Assembly: GCA_017415995.1 (NCBI GenBank)
Contig: JAFQDN010000020.1
Location: forward strand, 583-64,582
DNA length: 64,000 bases
Reading direction: 5' to 3'
From: Akkermansia sp.
Lineage (GTDB): Bacteria > Verrucomicrobiota > Verrucomicrobiia > Verrucomicrobiales > Akkermansiaceae
A model generated the notes under the pieces. It was not told where the DNA came from, made no database searches, and worked only from the letters and a program-made list of their open reading frames with translations. Shown in pieces: positions 44,965 through 53,438 of this stretch (positions within the stretch are counted from its first letter, which is position 1; every line of letters starts with the position of its first letter). The translations under genes were made by a program, and so were the position numbers.

Positions 44965-47900
44965 TTATTTGTACTGTTGGATCAGGGCGCGGATGCGACC
45001 ACCCGGGTCATTGCCTATGCATTGCTCCACTGTGGCACCGTTTGTAGCGCGGGCATGCACATTGGCTCCGTTGCGCAGTAGCCACTCTATTATTTCATAG
45101 TTTCCTAATCCACAGGCATTGTGCAGAGCTGTGGTGCCGTTAGATTTTCCCATTACGGAATCCAAATTGGTGTCGATGAAATAGCCGTCTGCTATTTTCG
45201 GAAGGATAATTAATAACCTTTTTTGATAGAGCTTCAGTACGCTGTCCTGATAAGTGGTGTTCTGCAGCTTTTGTATGAGTGTATGTAGCTCTTCTTCGGG
45301 CGAGTGTTTTTTTTCGTTTTTTGCAGGCATGATTTTAATGAGCTCCATGTCCCCGTTGTCCAGAGCCACGGCGGCGGGGCGCTGGGCGCCTCTGGTCAGC
45401 TCCAATACTTGGCTTTGCACACCCAGCTGCAGCTCTGCCACGCTGAGTACCTTATTGCCGTTAATGTCTGCACCCTCGGCATCATTCAGCGTCTTCATGA
45501 TGGAGTAGCTGAACACACCGTTGTTCCACTCACCGGACTCCATGGCAAACTCCGCACCGGCGGATGCCGCCACGATGTTGATGCCGCGGTATTCCGGGCT
45601 GCCGGCAAACATGTCTTCCATGTAGCGCTTGGTCTGCGTGTCCGTCAGCTTGCTCTCTGTCTTTTTGACCTTCATTCCGCGGGTATTCACCGCGCGTACA
45701 CCCGGCGGCAGTGTCACTCCGGCAGCTGCCAGCTTGTCCGCATCACTCTCACCCACGGAGCCGCTGTGGCAGGTGTCCAGCAACAGCAAGCGGTGGCGTG
45801 CTTTGGTGCTCTGCAGTGTGTCGGTCAGCTCCTTCATGGAGATACCCGTGCTGCGCACGCGAGACGGATTGAACCCTGCCGGGGCAAAGTGATACTCCAG
45901 CTTGCTGTCCAGCATGCCGTGGCCGGCAATGTAAAGGATGACGCGGTCATCTTCCTTGGCATCGGCCAAGAAAGTGCGCACCTTCTCCAAATCTGCCTTG
46001 CCGGTCATTTCCTTATCCTTCAGCAGCAGCGTGTGCTTGTTGCCGGTGGTCTTTGTCTCAACGGTGTTGATGATGTCCTGAGCGTCTTTCGCTGCAAACT
46101 GCAGGTCTAAGTCATCATCATCGTAATCCGACACGCCGATAGCTACCACATATAAATCCGATTCTTCTTTCCCCTTGTAAATGGTGCGGAAGCGCGTGGT
46201 GGCACCGGCAATGCCTGCAGAGTCCACCGGGGTGACCTCAATCCAGTTTTGCCCCACCGCCAGCGGGAGCTGCACGGTTACATGGCGCTCACCCACGGTA
46301 TCGGGGGCTTCGTCTATGCCATCTTGGGGAATGAGCACACCGTTGGCGCGTACCTCCAGCTTCACTATGTCATTTTGCGTAGCGTGCAGGCGTACCTTGA
46401 AGCTCAAATCCTTGTTTTCCGCGTACAACTTGGGCAGCTCCACCTCTGCATGGGGGAAGTTGCCGAGCTCCGGCTCCTGTGGCATGTTGTTCGGGTCGAA
46501 GCCTTGCTTTTTCAGCCAGCGTTCCGTGGTGGCTTGCAGGGCTGCAATGTCATCCGCATTGCCGCCGAGCGCCTCCAGCACCTCCGCCGGGCGGTTGCGC
46601 CACGGGGCGAGTGTTTGCAGACCAACCACACGCGCGCCGTCTCCGTAATTGAGGATGCTTTCGCAACCGGGGCTTCCGGCGTAGTGTCCATTCGGCAGCA
46701 CAATGGCGTAGCCTGCATCATTGGTGAGGTACAGGTTACCCACCTCGACCGAGCTGTTGTCCTCCTGTACGCGCACAATGCGGTAGTGTTGTTCACTGGC
46801 GGGCAGCAGCAGCAAGTTCATCTTGCCGAGCCACAGAGGCTTGAGCCCGCTCTTCACGCAATCCCATTTCTTACCCACCTGCACAGAGTTTGTCGTGAAG
46901 TTCACTTTGACCATGCGCACGCCCAAAAACTCGGACAATTCTTCGTTGCCACCGAGCAACAGGGTTGCCTCCTCCTCGCTTTCCTCCACTATTTCCAAAA
47001 GCGTGCATCCGGCCCAGTCCAATCTACCTGTTTGGCTTGCGTTCAGAAGTCGCTTCTCGCCCAAATAGAACCCTTTACCGTCTTTCAGTATGCCGATATG
47101 ACCGTCATATATATCGCCTTCGTCCGAAACCCAATGGGTGAAAAGAACGAAGGAGCCTTCGCCATGGTTAATAGCGTATACCTCGCTTACGTCGGTTTTC
47201 GTGCTCTTAAAATAGCTTTGCACGAGACCTTTGCGGGTGCTGATAGGCTCTGTTTCAGCAGCAACATCATAATAGTTGAAATCATTATACTGCGATGGAT
47301 ATGAATATTCGCTCACATTGATGGAGTTCAATATACATAAGCCTTCGTCATTTGCGTTGTACCCAGAGTATGATTTTTGTGTGAATGTAAGGCTTGCCAA
47401 ATCTATGGTGTACAGCTTTTTTTGTGCCGTATAGCAGGTAAACACGCTGCCGCTGCTTATAGTGCGAATGTGCAGTGGCTCCCATACCAGTAAGCTGTTT
47501 CCTTCGCCCGGATAAGGCCACGAAAAACTCACCCCCAAGCCATCCGCTGCACTGGCTTGCTGGGCTAGGCTGGTGCCTTTAGCGATTTTTTTCGGATCAT
47601 CGCTATTAAAGGAACCATCACTGACGTTTACTCCTGAGTATGGTAGATAATATTTCTCATAGCCAGACTTTTGTCCCGTCAGGTTGCAGGTCTGCTTTTT
47701 TACACTAAGATTTTTTGTCGTGATAACCGGTACGGTGGTTCTTCCCGGTTCTACAATGCCGGTTAGGGAATGCGGAACCATCGCATAGGTCCCATCTGCT
47801 TGCTTCATGGGATATTTGTAGCCATAGTGCGCATCGTCATTCAGTCGGAATCTCCCGATGAGATCGCCTGTTCGGCTATCCCAAAAACTATAATAATAAT

Positions 47901-48426
47901 CCCCAGAGTAATCTTCGGTTGTATAGGTGCTGACAAGCACGTCTTCGTCACCGTAGCTAATAGTTTCCGTAGCTCGCGCTGCGGTTTCACGGTAAAGAAT
48001 ACCCTTTTTGGGCTGCGTGATGACTGCTGAACTCTTGGGCTCATTTTTACGCACCCACGGGGTGTTATCTGCTTTTACCAGCACCGTGGTAGGTAGTTCG
48101 GGCGCAGCTTCTTCCGGTTCGGGTTCCTCGTCTTCTTCGGGGGCTATTTCCTCAACTTTGCCGGGCGCGTCGCTCTTGTTCTGCTTCATGTCGCGAGTTT
48201 CCCCCGCGGATTCGTCCGTATCTTCCTCACTTGGCGGATTTTCGACTGTCTCTGCGAGTGATGTCTCGTCTATCGGCGTGGTTGCCTCGGCAGGGGGGGG
48301 CGTTGTTTCTGTAACCGGTGCGACTTGTTCAGGCGCTACAGGTGTGGGCTGCGGCTCCTCCTCCTGTCCGCATGAGGTAAGCAGGATGGCAGCGATGCCT
48401 AATGCGTAATGTTTATTCAGTTTCAC
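44965..48426 (-). CDS. Lipoprotein with peptidase C14 (caspase-fold) domain and C-terminal ankyrin repeats (paralog A, 1153 aa)
   Basis: GTG start and lipobox ILLTSC. Catalytic motifs are VILYIAGHG (His codon 45919-21) and LLLDTCHSGS (Cys codon 45769-71). The C-terminus carries NGTTALHNACGLGNYEIIEWLLRNGANV Ank repeats. Confidence 0.85.
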   Translation of the reverse strand: MKLNKHYALGIAAILLTSCGQEEEPQPTPVAPEQVAPVTETTPPPAEATTPIDETSLAETVENPPSEEDTDESAGETRDMKQNKSDAPGKVEEIAPEEDEEPEPEEAAPELPTTVLVKADNTPWVRKNEPKSSAVITQPKKGILYRETAARATETISYGDEDVLVSTYTTEDYSGDYYYSFWDSRTGDLIGRFRLNDDAHYGYKYPMKQADGTYAMVPHSLTGIVEPGRTTVPVITTKNLSVKKQTCNLTGQKSGYEKYYLPYSGVNVSDGSFNSDDPKKIAKGTSLAQQASAADGLGVSFSWPYPGEGNSLLVWEPLHIRTISSGSVFTCYTAQKKLYTIDLASLTFTQKSYSGYNANDEGLCILNSINVSEYSYPSQYNDFNYYDVAAETEPISTRKGLVQSYFKSTKTDVSEVYAINHGEGSFVLFTHWVSDEGDIYDGHIGILKDGKGFYLGEKRLLNASQTGRLDWAGCTLLEIVEESEEEATLLLGGNEELSEFLGVRMVKVNFTTNSVQVGKKWDCVKSGLKPLWLGKMNLLLLPASEQHYRIVRVQEDNSSVEVGNLYLTNDAGYAIVLPNGHYAGSPGCESILNYGDGARVVGLQTLAPWRNRPAEVLEALGGNADDIAALQATTERWLKKQGFDPNNMPQEPELGNFPHAEVELPKLYAENKDLSFKVRLHATQNDIVKLEVRANGVLIPQDGIDEAPDTVGERHVTVQLPLAVGQNWIEVTPVDSAGIAGATTRFRTIYKGKEESDLYVVAIGVSDYDDDDLDLQFAAKDAQDIINTVETKTTGNKHTLLLKDKEMTGKADLEKVRTFLADAKEDDRVILYIAGHGMLDSKLEYHFAPAGFNPSRVRSTGISMKELTDTLQSTKARHRLLLLDTCHSGSVGESDADKLAAAGVTLPPGVRAVNTRGMKVKKTESKLTDTQTKRYMEDMFAGSPEYRGINIVAASAGAEFAMESGEWNNGVFSYSIMKTLNDAEGADINGNKVLSVAELQLGVQSQVLELTRGAQRPAAVALDNGDMELIKIMPAKNEKKHSPEEELHTLIQKLQNTTYQDSVLKLYQKRLLIILPKIADGYFIDTNLDSVMGKSNGTTALHNACGLGNYEIIEWLLRNGANVHARATNGATVEQCIGNDPGGRIRALIQQYK

Positions 48427-48565
48427 GTGATTTGATTAGTTGATGTTATGCTGTTTTTTCGGCCATGGAAACCGATGAGCTGCTTCTTGCCCGTTTGGGG
48501 CAAGAAGCAACGCAGCGTGTGTACTTTTTTACGTGTTTCACGGAGTCCTCTATAGGGCCTGAACA

Positions 48566-48883
48566 CTAATTGGATTTTACGGCTCCGTTATTCCTCAGGA
48601 AGTTGCGGACGTTGTTGTTCGGGTCGTTACCAACGCAATCGAGCGGAGTTTTGCCACGGTTCGTTTTGCGGTTGACTTCCGCTCCGTTCTGTACGAGCCA
48701 TACAACCAAGTCGTAATAACCCATTCCGGCGGCGTAGTGCAGGGCGGTATTGCCCTTCGTTTCTGCCGTCGTCACGTTTACATCCGCACCGTTGATAATC
48801 ATCGGCAGCAACATGGTTAAGCGCTTCTTGTAGAGCTTCATGTCTGCATTGGGTGCGCTGTAGTTCTGAATGGTGGACAGGAA
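48566..48883 (-). repeat. Conserved 318-nt 3' module (terminal Ank repeat region), copy 1
   Basis: The last 105 codons of paralog B align residue-for-residue with the last 105 codons of paralog C. A 69-nt core (48774-48842 vs 53329-53397) differs at only 2 positions by eye. Confidence 0.8.
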
Positions 48884-51800
48884 GAACTGCAGCTGGTCTC
48901 GGTTATTGTCACCGCCGAGGCTCACCGTCGTCACGTTGCCTCTATTGGTATTGGCTGCGGGCTCCGTTTGCGCCGGGGCAGGGGGAGTTTGAGGCAGAGC
49001 ATCATTTTCCCCAAGCACGGACACGCGGATGTTCTTAATCATCTCGATGCCACTGCCGACCTCTTGCTTGTAGTTTGCGACGGCGCTTGTAGCGGAGGAG
49101 AAGGTCAGATTGTATCCGGCGGGGCCCACATCGCAGGGGCAGCAGGTGTATGCAATATCTTCCATCTGTTCGTGCGTGAGGACATGTGCGTATTTTGACA
49201 ATAGCGGGCTGACTCCGTCACCGGAAGGATACTGATGAATCATCGCCGTGTTGCTGCCGGTCTTCACGTATTTGTACGCTACGGACGCGCTGACGTTGAG
49301 CTTGTTTTGCAGCAACGCGGGCAGAGATTTGATGTCCGCCGCGGAGAGCCGTTGAGGGGCTTCTTCCTCGCCATCGTACTCCGCATATACGCTGAGCGCT
49401 TGGTCGTAATAAAGCGCGAGTTTCTTGCCGTCGAGGGATGCCGGAGCATAGCCTTCGCCGGAGTCAGAACCGGTGGAGGCGGGCGCATTCTTCACAAGGC
49501 TTGCGAGCTTGCTGATGCCTCGGTAGAGGGGGGCGCCGGTATCCACACGCTCACCTTTGTTGTTGCTAATGCTCGTGCTTGCACCGTGCTTGAGGGCAAC
49601 CATGGCTCGCTCCAAATCAAACGCACTCGGACCGAGCGCCGGGTTGATGTTAACGAAGGCCTTGTGCAACATGGTGTTGCCGTTTTTGTCCTGCATGTTT
49701 ACATCTGCCCCGCCTTCCAGCAAGATATCTACCAGCTCTGCAGAGACCTCGAACAGTAGCGGGTTCCCGTATTGATCACAGGTGTTGCCCTTGTAGCCAT
49801 TTTGCACCATGGCGCGCACCACATCTGCAGCATCCTCGGCGTGACGCCAGTTGCTGACGTAGGCGGCGATGACCTCCGGCTCTACACCTTTCTCCATGGC
49901 TGCCACCCAAACGGCGGCTCCGATGGGGCTTACGCGCGGCTGCTGTTGTTCAGCATTCACGGGGTGCATGAGGTTAAAGGCCTGTTTCAGCTCGTCCAGG
50001 CGGGCGCTGTCATAGCCACGACCTTGCTTCTGCCAAGTCTCGGTTAAGTTATTGAAGTCTGCCACATAGCTTTCATTGCCGTAGTAGAAGGCGCAAATCT
50101 TGTCGAGCATGAACAGAGCCTGCTCGGCATCATCTGCCTTGGCAATGCGTTTTGCCACACCTGCCCAGTTGCCTGCCATCATCTCGCTGTCTGCGCCGGC
50201 GGCAATCAGCATGGAGCCCGTCTCCGCGGCAACGATGTTGGGGCGCTGCTTGCCTTCGGATACCTCCAGCACGCGGGCTTGTACCCCGGGCAACAGTTCC
50301 GCTACGGACAGAATGCCATCCTTGTTCATGTCTGCCGTGGTGAAGTTTTTCAGCGTGTCGATGACTGCCATGGTGAAGAAGCCGTTGGGGAATCGAGAAG
50401 TGTCTTCCATGGCTTTTTCTTCACCTGCTGCTGCTGCAATGATGTTGAGCCCTCGGTACTGCCGCCCCATGGTGAACATCTCTTCAATATAGCGCTTTGT
50501 CTGAGCCTCCGTTTTCAGGCTGACCTTTGATTTTGCCGCGCGTACTTTCATGCCGCGTGTGCCTTCCTCCGCGTCAGCCTGCCCGGCTGCTTCTGCCGCC
50601 AATTTTTCTTCACCCTGTTCTCCCAAGCTGCCGGAGTGGCAGGTGTCCATCATCAGCACACGCTCGCGCGCCGGAGCATTGCACAAGGTATCCGTGAGCA
50701 TGGTCATGGTAATGCCATTGTACTCCTCCGGCGTGAACTCCGAGGGGATGAACATGTACTCTCCGCTGGTCGGGTCTACAATGCCGTGTCCTGCAAGATA
50801 GAGCACGATACGGTCATCGATGGTGCTCTCTGCCAAGAAATCCTTGACTTTTTCCAGCACGGCAGGAGTTGCCACCTCCTCATCCGTCAGCACGAGGGTC
50901 TTTACTTCTCCTGCGCCGTATTCTCGGAAGGCTGTCGCTATATCCTCAGCGTCCTTGGCTGGGAGCTTCAGATCCCGCATGTTCTCATTGTCATACTTGT
51001 AGTCAGATACGCCGAGGCTTACCACGAACAGTCGGGAGTTTTTCTCACCTCTGCGGACAACGCGGAAATTAGTAGTATTTCTTTGGTGCCCCATGGAATC
51101 AATCGGGGTAATGGAGATGTTATTTTGTCCCATTTGCAAGGGAATGGTAATCTCGAGCCCCGTTTTGGAATCTCCGGGGTTAATGAGTAAGGTATCACTC
51201 CAAGTTTGGGGAACCAATGCTCCGTTTACTCGAACCTCACATGCCGTCGTTGCTGTTTTCTTAGTTGAGTGGATTTCGCCGGTGAAGGTAACCGTTGGGG
51301 CTGTTGTAATCAGTGGCGGCAGTGAGCTTAAACAGTTGAACGGTAGTATTGAATCATCAATCTTTTGAGGCATGGGAGGCATGGCTTCCATGTCATAACC
51401 TTGTCGGGTCAGCCAGCGACGTGTCGTTTCTTTTAATGCCGCTACTTCATCTGCATCACCGCCAATGGCTTCCAAAACTTCTCCCGGACGATTTCTCCAT
51501 TGGGCTATTACATGGGAGCTGTGGTCAACATCTGTATGGCGGATAAATGATTCACAGCCCGGGGACCCCGCATATCGCCCATCCGGCAGCACGATGGCCC
51601 AGTCCGAGCCTGCTCCGGTGCACAGTGTAAACTTTTTGGTGGTTTTTGTGCTGAAATCTTTAATCTCGTAGACATCCCAGCAATTGTCTGTACTTGGCAG
51701 GCAGAGCAGATTCTTATCCGCAACCCATACCGGGTTAGGAGTGTTCTGTGCCCATGGTGTTTTGCCCCAGTTGCCCTGCCAGCTTTGTACTAATTTTCCT

Positions 51801-53101
51801 GTTTTTGTTTTCTCATCCACATAATACAGGGCACAGAACCCCTCGCAGGCCGCTAACCAGTACGTGTGAGTATCATCCCCCGGAACTGTGTTCCAAACAC
51901 TCAAGCAACTGCCCATGCTGTCCGGATTCGGCACCTTGCCACTCAGCGTGTAGGCATTACTCGGTGTGTAGTCCAGCCCATTGATGTACGCCTCGCTTTT
52001 TCCTTCCAATTTTATAGTGCTTAAAGTGTAGCTTTGGGGATCAAACAGAAGTGGACCGGTGCGCGTCACTCCTCGCTTGGATGCCAAATTGTTGAAGACG
52101 ATATTTCCGCAATCGCTTTCGCCAAAGGAGGGAAATACCCCCATGGAGTTGCCTTTGCTTTCAATAACAGGTTGCGGCATGGGGTACAATACACCTCTTT
52201 CTACATCATAGATGCCTAAGTAGCAATTTTCTCCATCCATTGAAGCCATGCATGCCGAAAGTAGTCCGTTCCGGCTTTTCGGATAAATGAGCAGATAGGT
52301 GCCATTGTAGCTTTTCACCTCTTCTGCATCGTATTCTCCTTCAGGTAGCCCCTCTATCTCATCCAAGCTCGGTATTTTCTTGCAAACTTCTGTCGGAGTA
52401 AATTTTAAGGTGTTGAAATCAAGAGAACGTATGGTTTGCTCACCGTTTCCGCTGAAAAAGTGTACAAATCCTTCCAATTCTGGTACTCGCTGCAAGCCCT
52501 TGGTGTCAGATAAAAGAATATTTAAGTCGGGTGCTTCTTGCGGTGCAGGTAATTGTGCATATTTTGGCTCTTTGAATGGTTTTTTCCTTCCTTCTTCAAC
52601 AGCTAAGTAATCACTTGTTGATTTGAAGCGATAGCAGGAGAGCGTGGGTTCTCTCAAATCAAATGCCACCATGCCTCCGTTCTCTCCGTTTCGATCCGGT
52701 TCTATGCAAATACCAAAACAATAGTCTTTTCGAGTAACCCCGGGTGTGCATAATCCGCAGCCTTTGATCATGACGGAGGTGACGTAATAATAATCCGAGC
52801 TCCGCCAAACGTGCAGAGCATAAACTGCATCCATGTAATCACCTGTTATTTTCTCACAAGTGACTATAAAAGCATCATCTGAATATATTAAGTGGGTCGA
52901 CTCCCCCTTACGCGTCAGGAAAGTGTAGCCAACATTTGACCCCTGTAGAAGATCAAATCTCTCGGCAACAAGACCTCCACTTTTACTTTTGTTGAGTTTC
53001 TCTATCGCCTCTTGTTGGGTGAGGTTTACAGTTCCTTCCTGTGCTTGTACCATCGCAGTGGCGCACAGAAAACTGAGAGCGAATAAGTGACTTGTTTTCA
53101 T
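48566..53101 (-). CDS. Exported peptidase C14 (caspase-fold) / ankyrin-repeat protein (paralog B, 1511 aa)
   Basis: Signal peptide MKTSHLFALSFLCATAMVQA. Catalytic motifs are VLYLAGHG (His 50786-88) and MMDTCHSGS (Cys 50639-41). Ank repeats occur mid-protein and at the C-terminus. Confidence 0.85.
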   Translation of the reverse strand: MKTSHLFALSFLCATAMVQAQEGTVNLTQQEAIEKLNKSKSGGLVAERFDLLQGSNVGYTFLTRKGESTHLIYSDDAFIVTCEKITGDYMDAVYALHVWRSSDYYYVTSVMIKGCGLCTPGVTRKDYCFGICIEPDRNGENGGMVAFDLREPTLSCYRFKSTSDYLAVEEGRKKPFKEPKYAQLPAPQEAPDLNILLSDTKGLQRVPELEGFVHFFSGNGEQTIRSLDFNTLKFTPTEVCKKIPSLDEIEGLPEGEYDAEEVKSYNGTYLLIYPKSRNGLLSACMASMDGENCYLGIYDVERGVLYPMPQPVIESKGNSMGVFPSFGESDCGNIVFNNLASKRGVTRTGPLLFDPQSYTLSTIKLEGKSEAYINGLDYTPSNAYTLSGKVPNPDSMGSCLSVWNTVPGDDTHTYWLAACEGFCALYYVDEKTKTGKLVQSWQGNWGKTPWAQNTPNPVWVADKNLLCLPSTDNCWDVYEIKDFSTKTTKKFTLCTGAGSDWAIVLPDGRYAGSPGCESFIRHTDVDHSSHVIAQWRNRPGEVLEAIGGDADEVAALKETTRRWLTRQGYDMEAMPPMPQKIDDSILPFNCLSSLPPLITTAPTVTFTGEIHSTKKTATTACEVRVNGALVPQTWSDTLLINPGDSKTGLEITIPLQMGQNNISITPIDSMGHQRNTTNFRVVRRGEKNSRLFVVSLGVSDYKYDNENMRDLKLPAKDAEDIATAFREYGAGEVKTLVLTDEEVATPAVLEKVKDFLAESTIDDRIVLYLAGHGIVDPTSGEYMFIPSEFTPEEYNGITMTMLTDTLCNAPARERVLMMDTCHSGSLGEQGEEKLAAEAAGQADAEEGTRGMKVRAAKSKVSLKTEAQTKRYIEEMFTMGRQYRGLNIIAAAAGEEKAMEDTSRFPNGFFTMAVIDTLKNFTTADMNKDGILSVAELLPGVQARVLEVSEGKQRPNIVAAETGSMLIAAGADSEMMAGNWAGVAKRIAKADDAEQALFMLDKICAFYYGNESYVADFNNLTETWQKQGRGYDSARLDELKQAFNLMHPVNAEQQQPRVSPIGAAVWVAAMEKGVEPEVIAAYVSNWRHAEDAADVVRAMVQNGYKGNTCDQYGNPLLFEVSAELVDILLEGGADVNMQDKNGNTMLHKAFVNINPALGPSAFDLERAMVALKHGASTSISNNKGERVDTGAPLYRGISKLASLVKNAPASTGSDSGEGYAPASLDGKKLALYYDQALSVYAEYDGEEEAPQRLSAADIKSLPALLQNKLNVSASVAYKYVKTGSNTAMIHQYPSGDGVSPLLSKYAHVLTHEQMEDIAYTCCPCDVGPAGYNLTFSSATSAVANYKQEVGSGIEMIKNIRVSVLGENDALPQTPPAPAQTEPAANTNRGNVTTVSLGGDNNRDQLQFFLSTIQNYSAPNADMKLYKKRLTMLLPMIINGADVNVTTAETKGNTALHYAAGMGYYDLVVWLVQNGAEVNRKTNRGKTPLDCVGNDPNNNVRNFLRNNGAVKSN

Positions 53102-53120
53102 ACGTTGTGAGTTGTGTTGT

Positions 53121-53438
53121 TTAGTTAGATTTTACAGCTCCTCGGTTCTTGAGGAAGTTGCGGATGCGGTTGCCGGGGTCATTGCCAACGCAGTCAAGTG
53201 GTGTTTTTCCGCGGTTAGTTTTGCGGTTGATTTCTGCGCCGTTGTTCACCAGCCATTCCACCAAATCGTAATACCCCATGCCTGCTGCATAGTGTAGGGC
53301 GGTATTACCCTTGGTTTCAGTCGTAGTTACGTTTACATCCGCACCGTTGATAATCATCGGCAGCAGCATGGTCAAGCGCTTCTTGTAGAGCTTCATCGTC
53401 TCATTGGACGGGCTGAAGTTCGTGATGGTGTTCAGGAA
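53121..53438 (-). repeat. Conserved 318-nt 3' module (terminal Ank repeat region), copy 2
   Basis: See copy 1. Confidence 0.8.

Noticed and set aside
45304-47304. 268-aa and 351-aa plus-strand ORFs inside caspase paralog A
   Set aside because: They are antisense shadows of a gene with clear C14 and Ank motifs, and their translations contain nothing recognisable.
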